A DNA stretch of 64,000 nucleotides from a candidate division FCPU426 bacterium. Lineage in GTDB: Bacteria > Oederibacteriota > Muellerivitia > Muellerivitales > Muellerivitaceae. The stretch spans positions 30,510 through 94,509 of the forward strand of contig CAWKAR010000063.1 in the NCBI GenBank assembly GCA_963847625.1, in the 5' to 3' direction. The notes beneath the pieces were generated by a model. It was not told the DNA's origin. It worked only from the letters and a program-made list of their open reading frames with translations, and made no database searches. A program made the translations under genes and the position numbers. Of the stretch, positions 20,364-30,604 are shown one piece after another (within the stretch, counting starts at the first letter, position 1; the number at the start of each line of letters is the position of its first letter).

Positions 20364-21127
20364 AACCTGGCCAAAAGTTTCATCTGGTGATCGGAACCCC
20401 CGCTTACGGGGGACAACTCACGGCGGTTTACGCGTCTTCAGTCCTGCAATTCATGGAAGTCTGCGATAATCTCAGCAACCTCCAGATCGAGGTGGCGGTA
20501 CAATGGGGCGACGCCCTGGTTCCCAGGGCCAGGCAGGACTTGGTGACCCGCTTTATTGAGACGCAGCAGGCAACCCACCTGCTCTTTATCGATTCGGATA
20601 TCGGGTTCCCTCCCGAACAGGTTTTCCGTCTATTGGATTTTGACGCTGAAATGGCCGCGGGGGTTTACCCCTACAAGCGTTTGGATCTGGAGAGGGCCCG
20701 GAAAGCCCATGAAAAGAAAAGACCTATTCAAAGCCCGGAACTATGGTCCTATGGGGTGGAGTTTGAAGACCCCGGGAAAATAACCGTGAAGAACGGTTTC
20801 GCCAGGGCTCTTTACGCCGGGATGGGTTTTGTCCTGATCAAAAAATCCGTCTTTCATAAAATGATAAAACAATATCCGGAGCTCAAATATACGGGTGGTT
20901 TTCGCGCCTCCGACCCATTCCCCCAAAGTCCCAATCGTTACGCTCTGTTCAACGAATTCATCGACGAATCAACGGGCCGTTACCTCCCGGAGGACCGGAG
21001 TTTCTGCCGCCGCTGGACCCGAATGGGAGGCAAGATCTGGGTCGACACCCAAAGCCGGCTTCAGCACATGGGCCCCACCGTTTTTGACGGCGATTTTTCC
21101 ACCCAATTCTCTTCCGAAAGCCCGTAG
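20360..21127 (+). CDS. GT-A-fold glycosyltransferase-like protein (paralog 2)
   Basis: GTPAYGG, THLLFIDSDI, LPEDRSFC.RW; ATGA overlap with paralog 1. Confidence 0.65.
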   Translation: MKPGQKFHLVIGTPAYGGQLTAVYASSVLQFMEVCDNLSNLQIEVAVQWGDALVPRARQDLVTRFIETQQATHLLFIDSDIGFPPEQVFRLLDFDAEMAAGVYPYKRLDLERARKAHEKKRPIQSPELWSYGVEFEDPGKITVKNGFARALYAGMGFVLIKKSVFHKMIKQYPELKYTGGFRASDPFPQSPNRYALFNEFIDESTGRYLPEDRSFCRRWTRMGGKIWVDTQSRLQHMGPTVFDGDFSTQFSSESP

Positions 21128-21238
21128 GGTTTAACTATTCATGCAGCTCTTGACCAACCCACCGAGCCAGGGTTGACAAGGGATATAATGAGGCCGTTCA
21201 ATAAGTCATTACATAACTTTTTATTAAGCAGGCCTGTG

Positions 21239-22015
21239 ATGAAACCCTTCTCTTACACCTGCGTCCTGTCGGCGCTTCTTTTTCTATCCTTGCCTGTTTG
21301 GGGCCAAAATCAAACTTCCCCGGGGAAGACGATAACGCCCACCCCCACATGCACCTCGACCCCGGCCGATACTCCCACTCCGCCCCCCTTGTACCCGGAC
21401 TATACCAGCGCCTATAACGCGGGCGTTCAGGACGCCAACGATAAAAGTTGGAAGAACTCCCTGGCGGCTTTTCAAGCCGCCTTGAATTACGCCACCTCTT
21501 TGCAAACCCGGGACGATTGCCAAAAAGGAATCGACGAGGCGAAAGCCCAGTTAAAAAACCTACCCCCGGCCCCAGCCCAAACGTCGGCGCCTACACCCAC
21601 CTTGACTCCGGCACCGGTCGAGAATCCGGTTTTTTCGCCTTTAACAGGATTGCGGCTGGCCCTCTATTACTACAAGCTTCACAACTTGAAGAAGGCCTTG
21701 TCGGAATTGAGGGCGGCCAAACCAAAAAGTTTAAGCCAAAAGGCCTGCAGGTATTTCATCCTATACCGGGTCTATACGAAAAAAGCCCAGGTGGCCCTGA
21801 AACAGGGTTCCAAGAATCATTTCCAACGCGAACAGGACAAGGCGCTGGGATACAAGGCCGAATGCCAAAAGTTGATAACCGGGAAGGGAAGCGGGCAGGC
21901 GGTGGGGCCCGGCCGCATCGATTCCATTCAGAAAAGCATCGATCCTGTGAAAACTTTCCTGGATTGTTGCGATGAGGGAAAAGGGAATTGTGGTGACATA
22001 CCGTGGGATATTTAA
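21239..22015 (+). CDS. Secreted protein with Pro/Thr linkers and TPR-like helices
   Basis: Signal peptide (..LPVWG), PT tracts and helical repeats. Confidence 0.6.
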   Translation: MKPFSYTCVLSALLFLSLPVWGQNQTSPGKTITPTPTCTSTPADTPTPPPLYPDYTSAYNAGVQDANDKSWKNSLAAFQAALNYATSLQTRDDCQKGIDEAKAQLKNLPPAPAQTSAPTPTLTPAPVENPVFSPLTGLRLALYYYKLHNLKKALSELRAAKPKSLSQKACRYFILYRVYTKKAQVALKQGSKNHFQREQDKALGYKAECQKLITGKGSGQAVGPGRIDSIQKSIDPVKTFLDCCDEGKGNCGDIPWDI

Positions 22016-22253
22016 AAGGCGAGGCCGTATGTAAGATCGAAATGGAGTAAGGTGGTAAAGGGAGGGAGGGGCAATAGCCCTTTGTTCCGGCAATTTCTAC
22101 ATGGGAGGTATGGGAAGGGGTTTAAAACTGAGTGTTTTTAAAGGGTGCCCAGCCTAAACTCAACCCATTTTTATGATTTAATTTGCTACCTTCTAACATA
22201 GTTTAGCGATAAAATAAGAGTGTAAATAGGTACCTTTAAAAGCTCACATCCGC

Positions 22254-22269
22254 CGTGAGTGCCCTCACG
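22254..22269. promoter_or_regulatory. Palindrome CGTGAGTGCCCTCACG upstream of HPr copy 2
   Basis: 15/16 identical to 4226-4241. Confidence 0.6.
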
Positions 22270-22352
22270 AACCCCAAAAATTGATGTTCTCATAATACAT
22301 TTCCGTCTTGTACGTGAACCATCGCTCTTAATTTCATCATGAGGAGGCTCTC

Positions 22353-22625
22353 ATGGAAATTACCGAGAAGATGAAAATCACCAACCGTTTAGGACTTCAC
22401 TTGAGAGCGGCCGCCCAATTCGTGAAAACCGCGTCCAAATTCAAGTGTTTGATACTGGTTAAAAACCATCACCGAACCGCGGATGGCAAAAGCCTGCTTA
22501 ACATGATGACCTTGGCGTCACCCTTCGGTTCGGAACTCACGTTGATGTTCAGCGGCGTGGATGCCTGGGACGCCCGGATAGCCATCCATGACCTGCTTTT
22601 AAATAAATTCGGGGAAGCAAATTAA
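22353..22625 (+). CDS. ptsH: HPr-family phosphocarrier protein (copy 2)
   Basis: GLHLRAA and ADGKSLLNMM motifs; close paralog of 4324-4596. Confidence 0.88.
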   Translation: MEITEKMKITNRLGLHLRAAAQFVKTASKFKCLILVKNHHRTADGKSLLNMMTLASPFGSELTLMFSGVDAWDARIAIHDLLLNKFGEAN

Positions 22626-22665
22626 ATTTCACCTCTTGAAGTATGTTGGAACCAGGAGGAACACC

Positions 22666-22869
22666 ATGGATCGATACAAATTTTTGGAACAATTTTTCGA
22701 GGAACAGCACCACAAGTGGAAAAAGATTGCCCCCCTATCCGTTCGAAAAGAAAACAACCCGCTTCCGGATTCCAGCGGGCCCTTTAACCAAGCGAGCTCA
22801 AGCGAGCCGGTCACTTCAAGTTCATCAAACGAGGATAAAAATAAATCCTTCAGGTATTCAAAGCCCTGA
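22666..22869 (+). CDS. Small hypothetical protein (LEQFFEEQHxKWKK family, copy 2)
   Basis: AGGAGG RBS; paralog of 4637-4819. Confidence 0.6.
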   Translation: MDRYKFLEQFFEEQHHKWKKIAPLSVRKENNPLPDSSGPFNQASSSEPVTSSSSNEDKNKSFRYSKP

Positions 22870-22911
22870 AGCCGCTTTGCATTTTCTAAGAGACGAGAAG
22901 GGGGTGAAAAT

Positions 22912-23136
22912 ATGAAAAAGACAGATCAGCAAGTCCTCAAAAAATTCGGGGAGAACGTCCGCAAGATCCGCAAAATGCACGGCTGGACCCAGCCAAAGTT
23001 AGGCGCCCGGGCTGGGTTGGCGGCCAACTTCATCGGTTTCGTGGAACGCGCCGAGAGAAGTATTACGCTTAAGAATATCGTCAGGATCCAAAAGGGTTTA
23101 GGCTGCTCCATGAACAAACTCTTTGAAGGGATTTAA
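22912..23136 (+). CDS. XRE-family HTH regulator (C-protein-like)
   Basis: FGENVRKIR..GWTQ..L...AGL....IG.VERAERSITL.NI. Confidence 0.85.
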   Translation: MKKTDQQVLKKFGENVRKIRKMHGWTQPKLGARAGLAANFIGFVERAERSITLKNIVRIQKGLGCSMNKLFEGI

Positions 23137-23214
23137 ATAAAGTAATACCAAACTTTCTAACTCCTCATGTCAACTTTCCGGAAAGTTGTCAATGAGGCTG
23201 TTTCCTCGTATCCC

Positions 23215-23997
23215 TTAATAGAGATGTTGACGCTCGTTCATGAAAAAGGTAAAGGATGAGGCTTTACAGCCGGGGAAAGACGATTGGTTCAACTGGATGA
23301 TTTGCAAAAAAACCGCGTACCGATCTTCTCCGGGCGTCTCATTGCAGAACACACTTTTGGGTACCATGTAGGGATTATTGGGGATCGGCGACCCGATGTG
23401 CCACAACACGTTATCTTTTCCTTTTTCTCCGACTACGATCAGGCTCATGTTCCCGGCGTTTTTGGCCCATGTACAGGTCACTCCCGATGATCCGCTCGAG
23501 ATAGCCGGGTTTCCGTTGATGGCCATAATCGTCGAGGCGTAGGAAGAGCCGCCGATTTTCACATTGAAGGTGTAGTTTTTTCCAATCGTTACGCCCATGG
23601 TACTTTGATAGATTCCGCCGGTGATCGGCGGGACGCCGTATAGGGTGGCGACACCACTCATGGAAGGTTCCACGCCCTTGAATGACAAGAGAACTGATTT
23701 GCCGTTGCCGGCAAGGGTGACGGACGCGGTCGTGACGGCGTTGCCATTGTTATCCGCAATATACACCGTGCTGACGCCAAATAGGCCCCGGGTAGTGTTG
23801 ACCGCCATCATGATGGCCTGTATGACCGGTCCGTCGCTCTGGATGGCCGATGTTTTCAACGGCGTTGCCGCCATTGTCCCCGCAGGTGAGGAATTGGCCG
23901 GGGGCACGGCCGCCGCACTCTTGGAACTGAGTGGCATGGTTACAAACAAAAAAGACAGGATGATCGGAACCAATATAAAACGCTGGCTTCGTGACAT
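23215..23997 (-). CDS. Secreted beta-rich hypothetical protein
   Basis: N-terminal signal peptide; S/T/G-rich. Confidence 0.6.
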   Translation of the reverse strand: MSRSQRFILVPIILSFLFVTMPLSSKSAAAVPPANSSPAGTMAATPLKTSAIQSDGPVIQAIMMAVNTTRGLFGVSTVYIADNNGNAVTTASVTLAGNGKSVLLSFKGVEPSMSGVATLYGVPPITGGIYQSTMGVTIGKNYTFNVKIGGSSYASTIMAINGNPAISSGSSGVTCTWAKNAGNMSLIVVGEKGKDNVLWHIGSPIPNNPYMVPKSVFCNETPGEDRYAVFLQIIQLNQSSFPGCKASSFTFFMNERQHLY

Positions 23998-24284
23998 AAA
24001 ACCCCCTAGAAAAAAATGGATTTCCGAATTTTTCAAGACCCTATTGAGGCATGATTATATACGCTGATTCACCAAACGAATTTTTTACTGCACCCTCACC
24101 AAACCCGTCAGGCCGGGGCCGGCACCCGGGAAAGGGAGAAAGCCCTGGGTTCAATGAAGAATTTCTTGGATTTATTGTATTTTAGGTTCCCAAAACTTTT
24201 TAGGCATTCCTGAAATTCCAGGGAAAAGGTAATATTAAGCGTCATTTTGTCTGCTCGAATAAATTTCAATGAGGGAGAACCATC

Positions 24285-25463
24285 ATGAAGCCCATGAGGT
24301 ACCTTGCCCTTGGCGTCCTATTGTTTTATCTGCCGGCCGTTTCCAATGCCAAGACACCAGCGCCTGCTAATTTACAGTCCCATCCGTTCAATGACGGATT
24401 GGTTTTAAGTTGGACCCCGCCGGCCTTTTCGGGAATCAAGGGCTACAATATTTACATCAAACGGCCCGGATCGAAAGATTTTACCCTTGTCACAGCCCAG
24501 CCCGTTACTGAAACCACGGTTAATTTAAAACATTTGAAAGTCGGCCAGGAATATGAATTCGCGGTGGCCACCGTCGATTCCACCGGCAAGGAAAGCCCCC
24601 TGAAGCGGCTCAAGGTGGTCCCGAAGAATCCCGTGCTTTCACCTCCCCTGGGTTTCAAGACGGATATTTCAGACAAAGGAATCCAATTGACTTGGGATAA
24701 AGCCGATCCGGCATGGGTGTCAGGCTTCAATCTTTATTTGGCCGACAAAAACGGCAGCCCAGGGCGGAAGCTTTCCGGCGAGCCCATTACCGACAACCAG
24801 GTGACCTTGGCCAACCTCAAAAAAGATAAAACCTACAGGTTTTTATTGACGGCTTTGTCACTGGATGGCCGGGAAGGCCCGCCCACGCAGGTTTTGGAGG
24901 TCCCTTACTCTAGCCGGCCGCTTGGGACCCCGGCGTACCCCGCGGCAACGCCAGTTGCCGCCCCCGCGGAACCAAAACCAACCCCTGCGAATCCCCATAG
25001 TTCTTATTTTGTGGAATTGGCGGGCGGGATGGATTTCCCGGTAAAAAATTGGCAACCCGCCTACCAGCGGGGTCCGGGCTGGAAAATCAGCGCGGGTTAT
25101 GTCTTGGATAAGAACCTGGCTGTCCAACTGGATGTGGAAGGCTTTTATTTTTCAGGGACCAATTATTCCGGCCCCATCGCCTATACCGGATTTCTTGTTT
25201 CGCCGACCCTCCATTACAGCTTCTTTGAAAAAGGAATAAGACCTTATCTCTTGGCTGGCGGGGGAGCGGATTTTGAATTCTTATCCGCCACATCAGGCCG
25301 GATTACCATTGTCAATCCGGACGCGGCGGTTGGAGCGGGCGTGGAAGTCCCATTGGCAAGGCAAACCCATGTTTTTGCCGAAGGAAAATATAATCTCATT
25401 TTCTTTTCAAAGGTCACCGGACAGGATGTTCCTATATTGGCCGGTGTGCGCTTCAGCCTTTGA
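24285..25463 (+). CDS. Two fibronectin-III domains fused to a C-terminal OmpA/OmpW-like beta-barrel
   Basis: LSWTPP..GYNIY..YEFAVATVD and LTWD..GFNLY..YRFLLTA repeats; amphipathic strands, RPYLLAGGG, ends GVRFSL. Confidence 0.7.
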   Translation: MKPMRYLALGVLLFYLPAVSNAKTPAPANLQSHPFNDGLVLSWTPPAFSGIKGYNIYIKRPGSKDFTLVTAQPVTETTVNLKHLKVGQEYEFAVATVDSTGKESPLKRLKVVPKNPVLSPPLGFKTDISDKGIQLTWDKADPAWVSGFNLYLADKNGSPGRKLSGEPITDNQVTLANLKKDKTYRFLLTALSLDGREGPPTQVLEVPYSSRPLGTPAYPAATPVAAPAEPKPTPANPHSSYFVELAGGMDFPVKNWQPAYQRGPGWKISAGYVLDKNLAVQLDVEGFYFSGTNYSGPIAYTGFLVSPTLHYSFFEKGIRPYLLAGGGADFEFLSATSGRITIVNPDAAVGAGVEVPLARQTHVFAEGKYNLIFFSKVTGQDVPILAGVRFSL

Positions 25464-25658
25464 GGCGATTTTATTTATTTCGGGGCCTAACTCTACACTC
25501 CTCACTTCTAACTTTTCTTTATTTTAAGGGGGTGTATAAGGGCAAGTGCAGGGAAAGCTTGACTCGGACTTTACCCACATACATCCCCAGGGACCTATCT
25601 ATGATAGGGGAGGTTTAACCAGACGCTGGAAAAACCAGCCTGACCGGAAATTCAATTT

Positions 25659-27056
25659 ATGGATCAACCTAAACCCGTTCCCCAGCCCAAAATCGCCTGG
25701 CGCAAAACGGCGGGGGAAGCTTCCTTGCCGGAAGTCAACCGCAGCGTTCTCGTGCCGGTAACTGCCTCCTTTTGGCGGAAATTGTTCGCGTTCGCGGGCC
25801 CGGGATTTTTGGTTGCCGTGGGTTACATGGATCCGGGAAATTGGGCGACGGATTTGGCCGGCGGCGCGAAATACGGCTACAGCCTGTTGTGCGTCATCCT
25901 AGTTTCCAATTTGATGGCGGTTTTGCTCCAGCATTTGTCCGTCAAACTGGGCATCGCCACGGACCGCGACCTGGCGCAGGCGTGCCGCGACCATTACTCG
26001 AAACCGGTGGTCTGGTTTCTTTGGGTCCTCTGCGAAATCCAAATTGCCGCCTGTGACTTGGCGGAAGTCGTCGGTTCGGCCATTGCGTTGCAACTGCTTT
26101 TCGGCCTACCGCTGATTTGGGGCTGTGTCATTTCCGCGGCCGACGTGATGGCCGTGCTTTACCTGCAAAACAAGGGTTTCCGTTTCATCGAGGCGCTGGT
26201 GATCGTGCTGATCGCGACCGTCGGCGCTTGTTTCGCGGCGGAAATATGGTGGTCAAAACCCGATTTCGCGGGAATGATGATGGGCTTTGTCCCCGGCCTG
26301 GAAATCCTCAGGAACCCGGGCATGCTTTACGTGAGCATCGGAATCATCGGCGCGACCGTCATGCCGCATAACCTGTACCTGCATTCGTCCATCGTCCAGA
26401 CACGAAAATACGAGCGCAGTCCCGGCGGCAAGCGCGAAGCTGTCAAATTCGCGACGATCGACTCGACTACAGCGCTCCTGTGCGCGCTTCTCGTCAACTG
26501 CGCGATTCTCGCGCTAGCGGCGGTGTTTTACAGGTCGGGGCACCAGGACGTGGCGGAAATCCAGGAGGCCTACAAGTTGTTGAGCCCGCTGATCGGCATA
26601 CCGGCTGCGGGCGTCCTATTCGCGGTCGCCTTGCTGGCTTCGGGGCAAAACTCCACTTTGACCGGCACGCTCGCCGGACAGATCATCATGGAAGGCTTCT
26701 TGAATATCCGGCTGAGGCCCTGGCTGCGCCGGATGATCACGCGGGCGATGGCGATTGTCCCCGCCGTATGCGTGATCGGTTATTTCGGCGAATCCAAAAC
26801 CACGGACCTGCTTGTCGCGAGCCAAGTCGTGCTTTCCGTGCAGCTCGGCTTCGCCGTCTGGCCGTTGCTGAGGTTCACCGGCGACAAGGCCAAGATGGGC
26901 GAATTCGTTAACCCGGCTTGGGTCAAAATCCTCGGCTGGACGGCGGCAGGGGTGATTATCGCGCTGAACGCGAAGCTGGTTTTGGATATGGTCCTGCCGG
27001 AGCCCTTTTTAAGGGTGTTTTGGGGCATCCTTGGATTGGGCATGCAGGTCCAATAG
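25659..27056 (+). CDS. mntH: Nramp divalent metal (Mn2+) transporter
   Basis: GYMDPGNW, GATVMPHNLYLHS and GQIIMEGF motifs. Confidence 0.95.
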   Translation: MDQPKPVPQPKIAWRKTAGEASLPEVNRSVLVPVTASFWRKLFAFAGPGFLVAVGYMDPGNWATDLAGGAKYGYSLLCVILVSNLMAVLLQHLSVKLGIATDRDLAQACRDHYSKPVVWFLWVLCEIQIAACDLAEVVGSAIALQLLFGLPLIWGCVISAADVMAVLYLQNKGFRFIEALVIVLIATVGACFAAEIWWSKPDFAGMMMGFVPGLEILRNPGMLYVSIGIIGATVMPHNLYLHSSIVQTRKYERSPGGKREAVKFATIDSTTALLCALLVNCAILALAAVFYRSGHQDVAEIQEAYKLLSPLIGIPAAGVLFAVALLASGQNSTLTGTLAGQIIMEGFLNIRLRPWLRRMITRAMAIVPAVCVIGYFGESKTTDLLVASQVVLSVQLGFAVWPLLRFTGDKAKMGEFVNPAWVKILGWTAAGVIIALNAKLVLDMVLPEPFLRVFWGILGLGMQVQ

Positions 27057-27074
27057 ATAATGGAGGGTAATACG

Positions 27075-27503
27075 ATGTTCAAAAAAATCCTGGTGGCGCT
27101 TGAAAACAGTCCGGCGGATGAAACCATCCTGTCGTACGCCTTGGAACTGGGGAAACAGAATGGCGTGGAACTTCTCCTGGTGCACGTGGCCGACGGCTGG
27201 GTCGCGCGTCATTTCCAACAGTTCAATCTCGCTGAATCCGAGGAAATGAAAAACGACCGTGAGTACCTGGAAAAAACCGCGGACGAATTGGGCGCGAAGG
27301 GGCTGGCCGTGACGACCGTGTTGGCTCTCGGCGATCCTCCGGCGGAAATCCTCAAAGCGGCCGACTCCGAGCATTGCGAACTGATCATGATGGCGACCCA
27401 CGGGCACCGGTTCTTCGGCGACCTTTTCCACGGAAGCACCATCTCGGAAGTACGGCACAAAACCTCCATGCCGATGTTCGTGGTCCGAGCGAAAAAAATA
27501 TAA
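27075..27503 (+). CDS. Universal stress protein
   Basis: MFKKILVAL, LLLVHV, GDP and MATHGH..GS motifs; common mntH partner. Confidence 0.88.
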   Translation: MFKKILVALENSPADETILSYALELGKQNGVELLLVHVADGWVARHFQQFNLAESEEMKNDREYLEKTADELGAKGLAVTTVLALGDPPAEILKAADSEHCELIMMATHGHRFFGDLFHGSTISEVRHKTSMPMFVVRAKKI

Positions 27504-27649
27504 GACCCGGCGGGGTTGAGGAAAAACTGTTGGATTCCATTTGACTTCAAGAAGGGATTTTTAATTTTAGGGTTTTAACTTCTCACTTCTAACTTGCCCT
27601 GGGTGACCGAAGGGGGTCGAAGGGGCATGATTATTTTCGCGGAGGTTTT

Positions 27650-28261
27650 ATGCATATCTCCATCATCCTCGGACATCCTGATCCTGAAAGTTTCAACCAT
27701 GCACTGGCAAGGAAAGTGCGCGATCAATTATTGAAACTGGGCCACCGGGTCTGGTTCCATGATTTATGCGCCGAGAGGTTTGACCCCATCCTGCCCGCCG
27801 AAGAACAGGGTCGAAACGCGAAACTGCCGCCTCTGGTGAGGGAACATTGCGACGAGATCGCCCTTGCCGAGGGCATTGTCATCATCCATCCCAATTGGTG
27901 GGGACAACCGCCGGCCATCCTGAAGGGCTGGGTGGACCGGGTCCTGCGGCCGGGGACGGCTTATGAATTCGAGGAGGGGGATCTCGATCTCGGGGAAGGG
28001 GTGCCTAGGGGACTGCTCAAGGCCAGGGCCGCGTTAATCCTGAACACCAGCAATACTACGACCCAGCGTGAAAGGAGAGTATTCGGCGACCCATTGGAGA
28101 CCCTTTGGAAGCGTTGCGTCTTTGAATTTTGCGGAGTCAGGAAGGTCTACCGGAAAGTTTTCAATGTGGTTGTGACGAGCACACCCCAGGAACGGCGATA
28201 TTGGCTGGCTGAGGCCTCGGCCCTGGCGGCCAAGGTATTCCACAAAGCGGGAAAACCTTAG
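27650..28261 (+). CDS. Flavodoxin-like NAD(P)H-dependent (quinone) oxidoreductase
   Basis: GHPDPESFN and PNWWGQPPAILKGWVDRV motifs. Confidence 0.88.
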   Translation: MHISIILGHPDPESFNHALARKVRDQLLKLGHRVWFHDLCAERFDPILPAEEQGRNAKLPPLVREHCDEIALAEGIVIIHPNWWGQPPAILKGWVDRVLRPGTAYEFEEGDLDLGEGVPRGLLKARAALILNTSNTTTQRERRVFGDPLETLWKRCVFEFCGVRKVYRKVFNVVVTSTPQERRYWLAEASALAAKVFHKAGKP

Positions 28262-28905
28262 AATTTCAGGGGTTTCTTTTTTGATTTAAGGATCTGCGTC
28301 AAAGCGATGTCGATATGCTTGTATATTTCGTTGGTCTCGATATTTTTTTCGCTTGCGAGATAACCGTCCTTGATTAAATTCGGAGTTGTCTCAACCGTTA
28401 GAAAATGCATGAGGATCGGGGCCACCGAGCTGTTGATCAATTCGATCAGAAATTGGTTGTCGGAACCCTGGACCAAATATCCCTTCCGGCGGCATTCCCT
28501 CAGTGTTTCCCGCAAGAGATTCACGGGGGTGAGTACTTTTCCGTAAAAACTTTTCCGGATGATTTTATTGATCTCCGGGTCCTTCAGGATCGGCCAAAGC
28601 AAGGTCCAGTTGTCCCGGACGAAAAAAGCGGCGCCGATGAGCAAAGCACGGAGTTTTTCGACCGGGTTTTTGTATTCAATCGGCGACTTGTTCGTCGTTT
28701 TATAGAAACTATCGAATAAATCCTGGATCACCTCTCCATAGAAGCGTTCCTTGGTCTTGAAGTAATAGTGGAAAAGGCCGTGGTTCACGCCCGCCCGCTG
28801 CATCAGGTGGCGGACGGAGAGATTCGTAAAGCTGTGGACCGACAACAGTTCGCGGCCGGCCTTGATGATGGCCTGCTTCGCGCTTTTTGAAAGTTTCATC
28901 ATCAT
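28258..28905 (-). CDS. TetR/AcrR-family regulator
   Basis: SVRHLMQRAGVNHGLFHYYFKTKE HTH; divergent from the efflux genes. Confidence 0.9.
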   Translation of the reverse strand: MMMKLSKSAKQAIIKAGRELLSVHSFTNLSVRHLMQRAGVNHGLFHYYFKTKERFYGEVIQDLFDSFYKTTNKSPIEYKNPVEKLRALLIGAAFFVRDNWTLLWPILKDPEINKIIRKSFYGKVLTPVNLLRETLRECRRKGYLVQGSDNQFLIELINSSVAPILMHFLTVETTPNLIKDGYLASEKNIETNEIYKHIDIALTQILKSKKKPLKF

Positions 28906-29039
28906 TCCCACCCCCGGGTAGATTAGCACGGATCCACCCACGCGGAACAGGGGACAGCTTGAAAGCATTTTCAAAAGGGGTTTTCTTCGAGAATCTTCCC
29001 GGCAAAAAAGGAAAAATTACACAAACGTCTAAATGCGGC

Positions 29040-29067
29040 TTGACCCTATTACACGGCCGTGTAATAT
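29040..29067 (+). promoter_or_regulatory. Efflux promoter with perfect 20-bp TetR-type operator TATTACACGG-CCGTGTAATA
   Basis: TTGACC at 29040; the palindrome 29047-29066 overlaps the -10 region; a weaker second site lies at ~29015-29034. Confidence 0.75.
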
Positions 29068-29090
29068 TACGAGAGTGTGCTGAATAGGAA

Positions 29091-30604
29091 ATGGAAACCG
29101 GGCGGGGGTGGGATGTGAGGAATGCGTTTTTAATGGCGCTGGGCCTGTGGTTTGCGGCGGGCATTGCCGGGGCTCAGCAAAAATTGCCGTTGGAGGACTA
29201 CCTCAACCAGGTGAGGTCCCAGGGGCCCGATTACAAGGCGGTCCAGGCCTCCGAAGAGGGGATGGAAGAGCAATCCCACCAGATGGACTTGATTTACTCG
29301 CCTTTTTTAACCGCATCTTATAACCATCTACACGACCAAGCCCAGCAGCCCATTTTGATTTAACCGACCAGACTTTGGTGGATTCGGCGGGTGTCTCCCT
29401 CGTGGATAAATTGCCTTTCGGGCCGTCCATCGCTGTGGGCTACTCCTTCAATAACATGAATTTTACCTACTCGCCTGAATTCTATGGCCTGATGCAGAGT
29501 TTTGGAATTAGCACTTCTTCTCTCGGTACTTCCTATTACCAGATCTCGCCGGTGGTTTTCATGTCCGTGCCCTTGCTCAAGGATTTCGGCGGTTCCCAAA
29601 CCAGCGCAGGCGTCAAGAAAGTACAATACGGCCTCGATTCGGCCGCGAAAATGTTGTCCTATCAGAGGGAAGGGGTCTTGTACACCGCCAAGGTGACCTA
29701 TTGGGGCCTGGCTTTGGCCCGCCAAGCGGCAGAAATCCGCCGGGACACCCTGGACCGGAACAATAAAATATGGGAATGGACCCAGCGGCGGGTGGAGCGC
29801 GACCTGGCGGACCCCTCCGATGCCCTGCAAGCGGAAGCCTCAGTGAGGGAGGCGGAATTGGAAATGAAGACGGCCTTGGATAACGAACGTTCGGCCAGGC
29901 TGGCCTTCAACCGGTTCCGCGACAAGGATGAGGACTCTGTCCCCGAACAACTGGACGCCCTCGAAGATTCGTTGAAGAAAACCAAGGCCGACCTGCCCGT
30001 CCAGCCGCCCGCCCGGATGGACCTCCAGGCGGTGGATGCCCAAACCCGCGGGAAAAAAGCCGCGTACGACGAAACTTACCAAAATATTTATCCCGATATC
30101 ACCGCCTACGGTTCCTGGCGTGGAAACGGCTTGGATCCGAATCTCCCAAACGCCAACGATACCGCTTTTAGTACCGATCATCCCACCTGGATGCTGGGCG
30201 CCCAGCTCAATTTGCCATTGGACGTGTTTACCGCCTCGCGCACCGCGAAGGGGTACAAGAGGGAATATGAGGGCGCGGTGCTGAACCTGAAGGGTAAGCA
30301 GTTGGAGGTGTCCCAGGCCTGGCGTGACATCCGGGACCGCCTGTCCGACGTGGAGGAACGGCTGGCCATGGCTGTCGAGATCGAGTCCCTCCGGAAGCGC
30401 AATGCCCTCGATGAAAAAGAGAAATTGGCCCAGGGACGCACGACCCAGTTCCAGTTTTTATCGCTTGAAAACGGGTATTCGCTGTCGCGGTTGAGGAGGC
30501 TGTCGCTCATCGCGGAGAAACTGGGGCTTTTGGCGAAGGCCCAATGGTACATGGCCGGGGGAAATCCCGGCCCCGAGGCCGCGCCGCCAGGAGCCGTGAA
30601 ATGA
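29091..30604 (+). CDS. TolC-family outer membrane efflux protein, frameshift at T4 (29353-29356)
   Basis: Signal peptide in ORF 29091-29363, OEP repeats in 29375-30604; T5 fuses them (PIFDLTDQTLVD). Confidence 0.75.

Noticed and set aside
25520..25658. yybP-ykoY Mn riboswitch upstream of mntH
   Set aside because: Conserved motif not recognisable by eye; only a short CCTATC-N3-GATAGG palindrome. An Rfam scan would be needed.
27555..27596. Degenerate 7-mer runs (TCTCACT/TCTAACT, TTTTGAA), also at 25488, 56318, 60973 and 62750
   Set aside because: Short low-complexity intergenic heptads with no assignable function.
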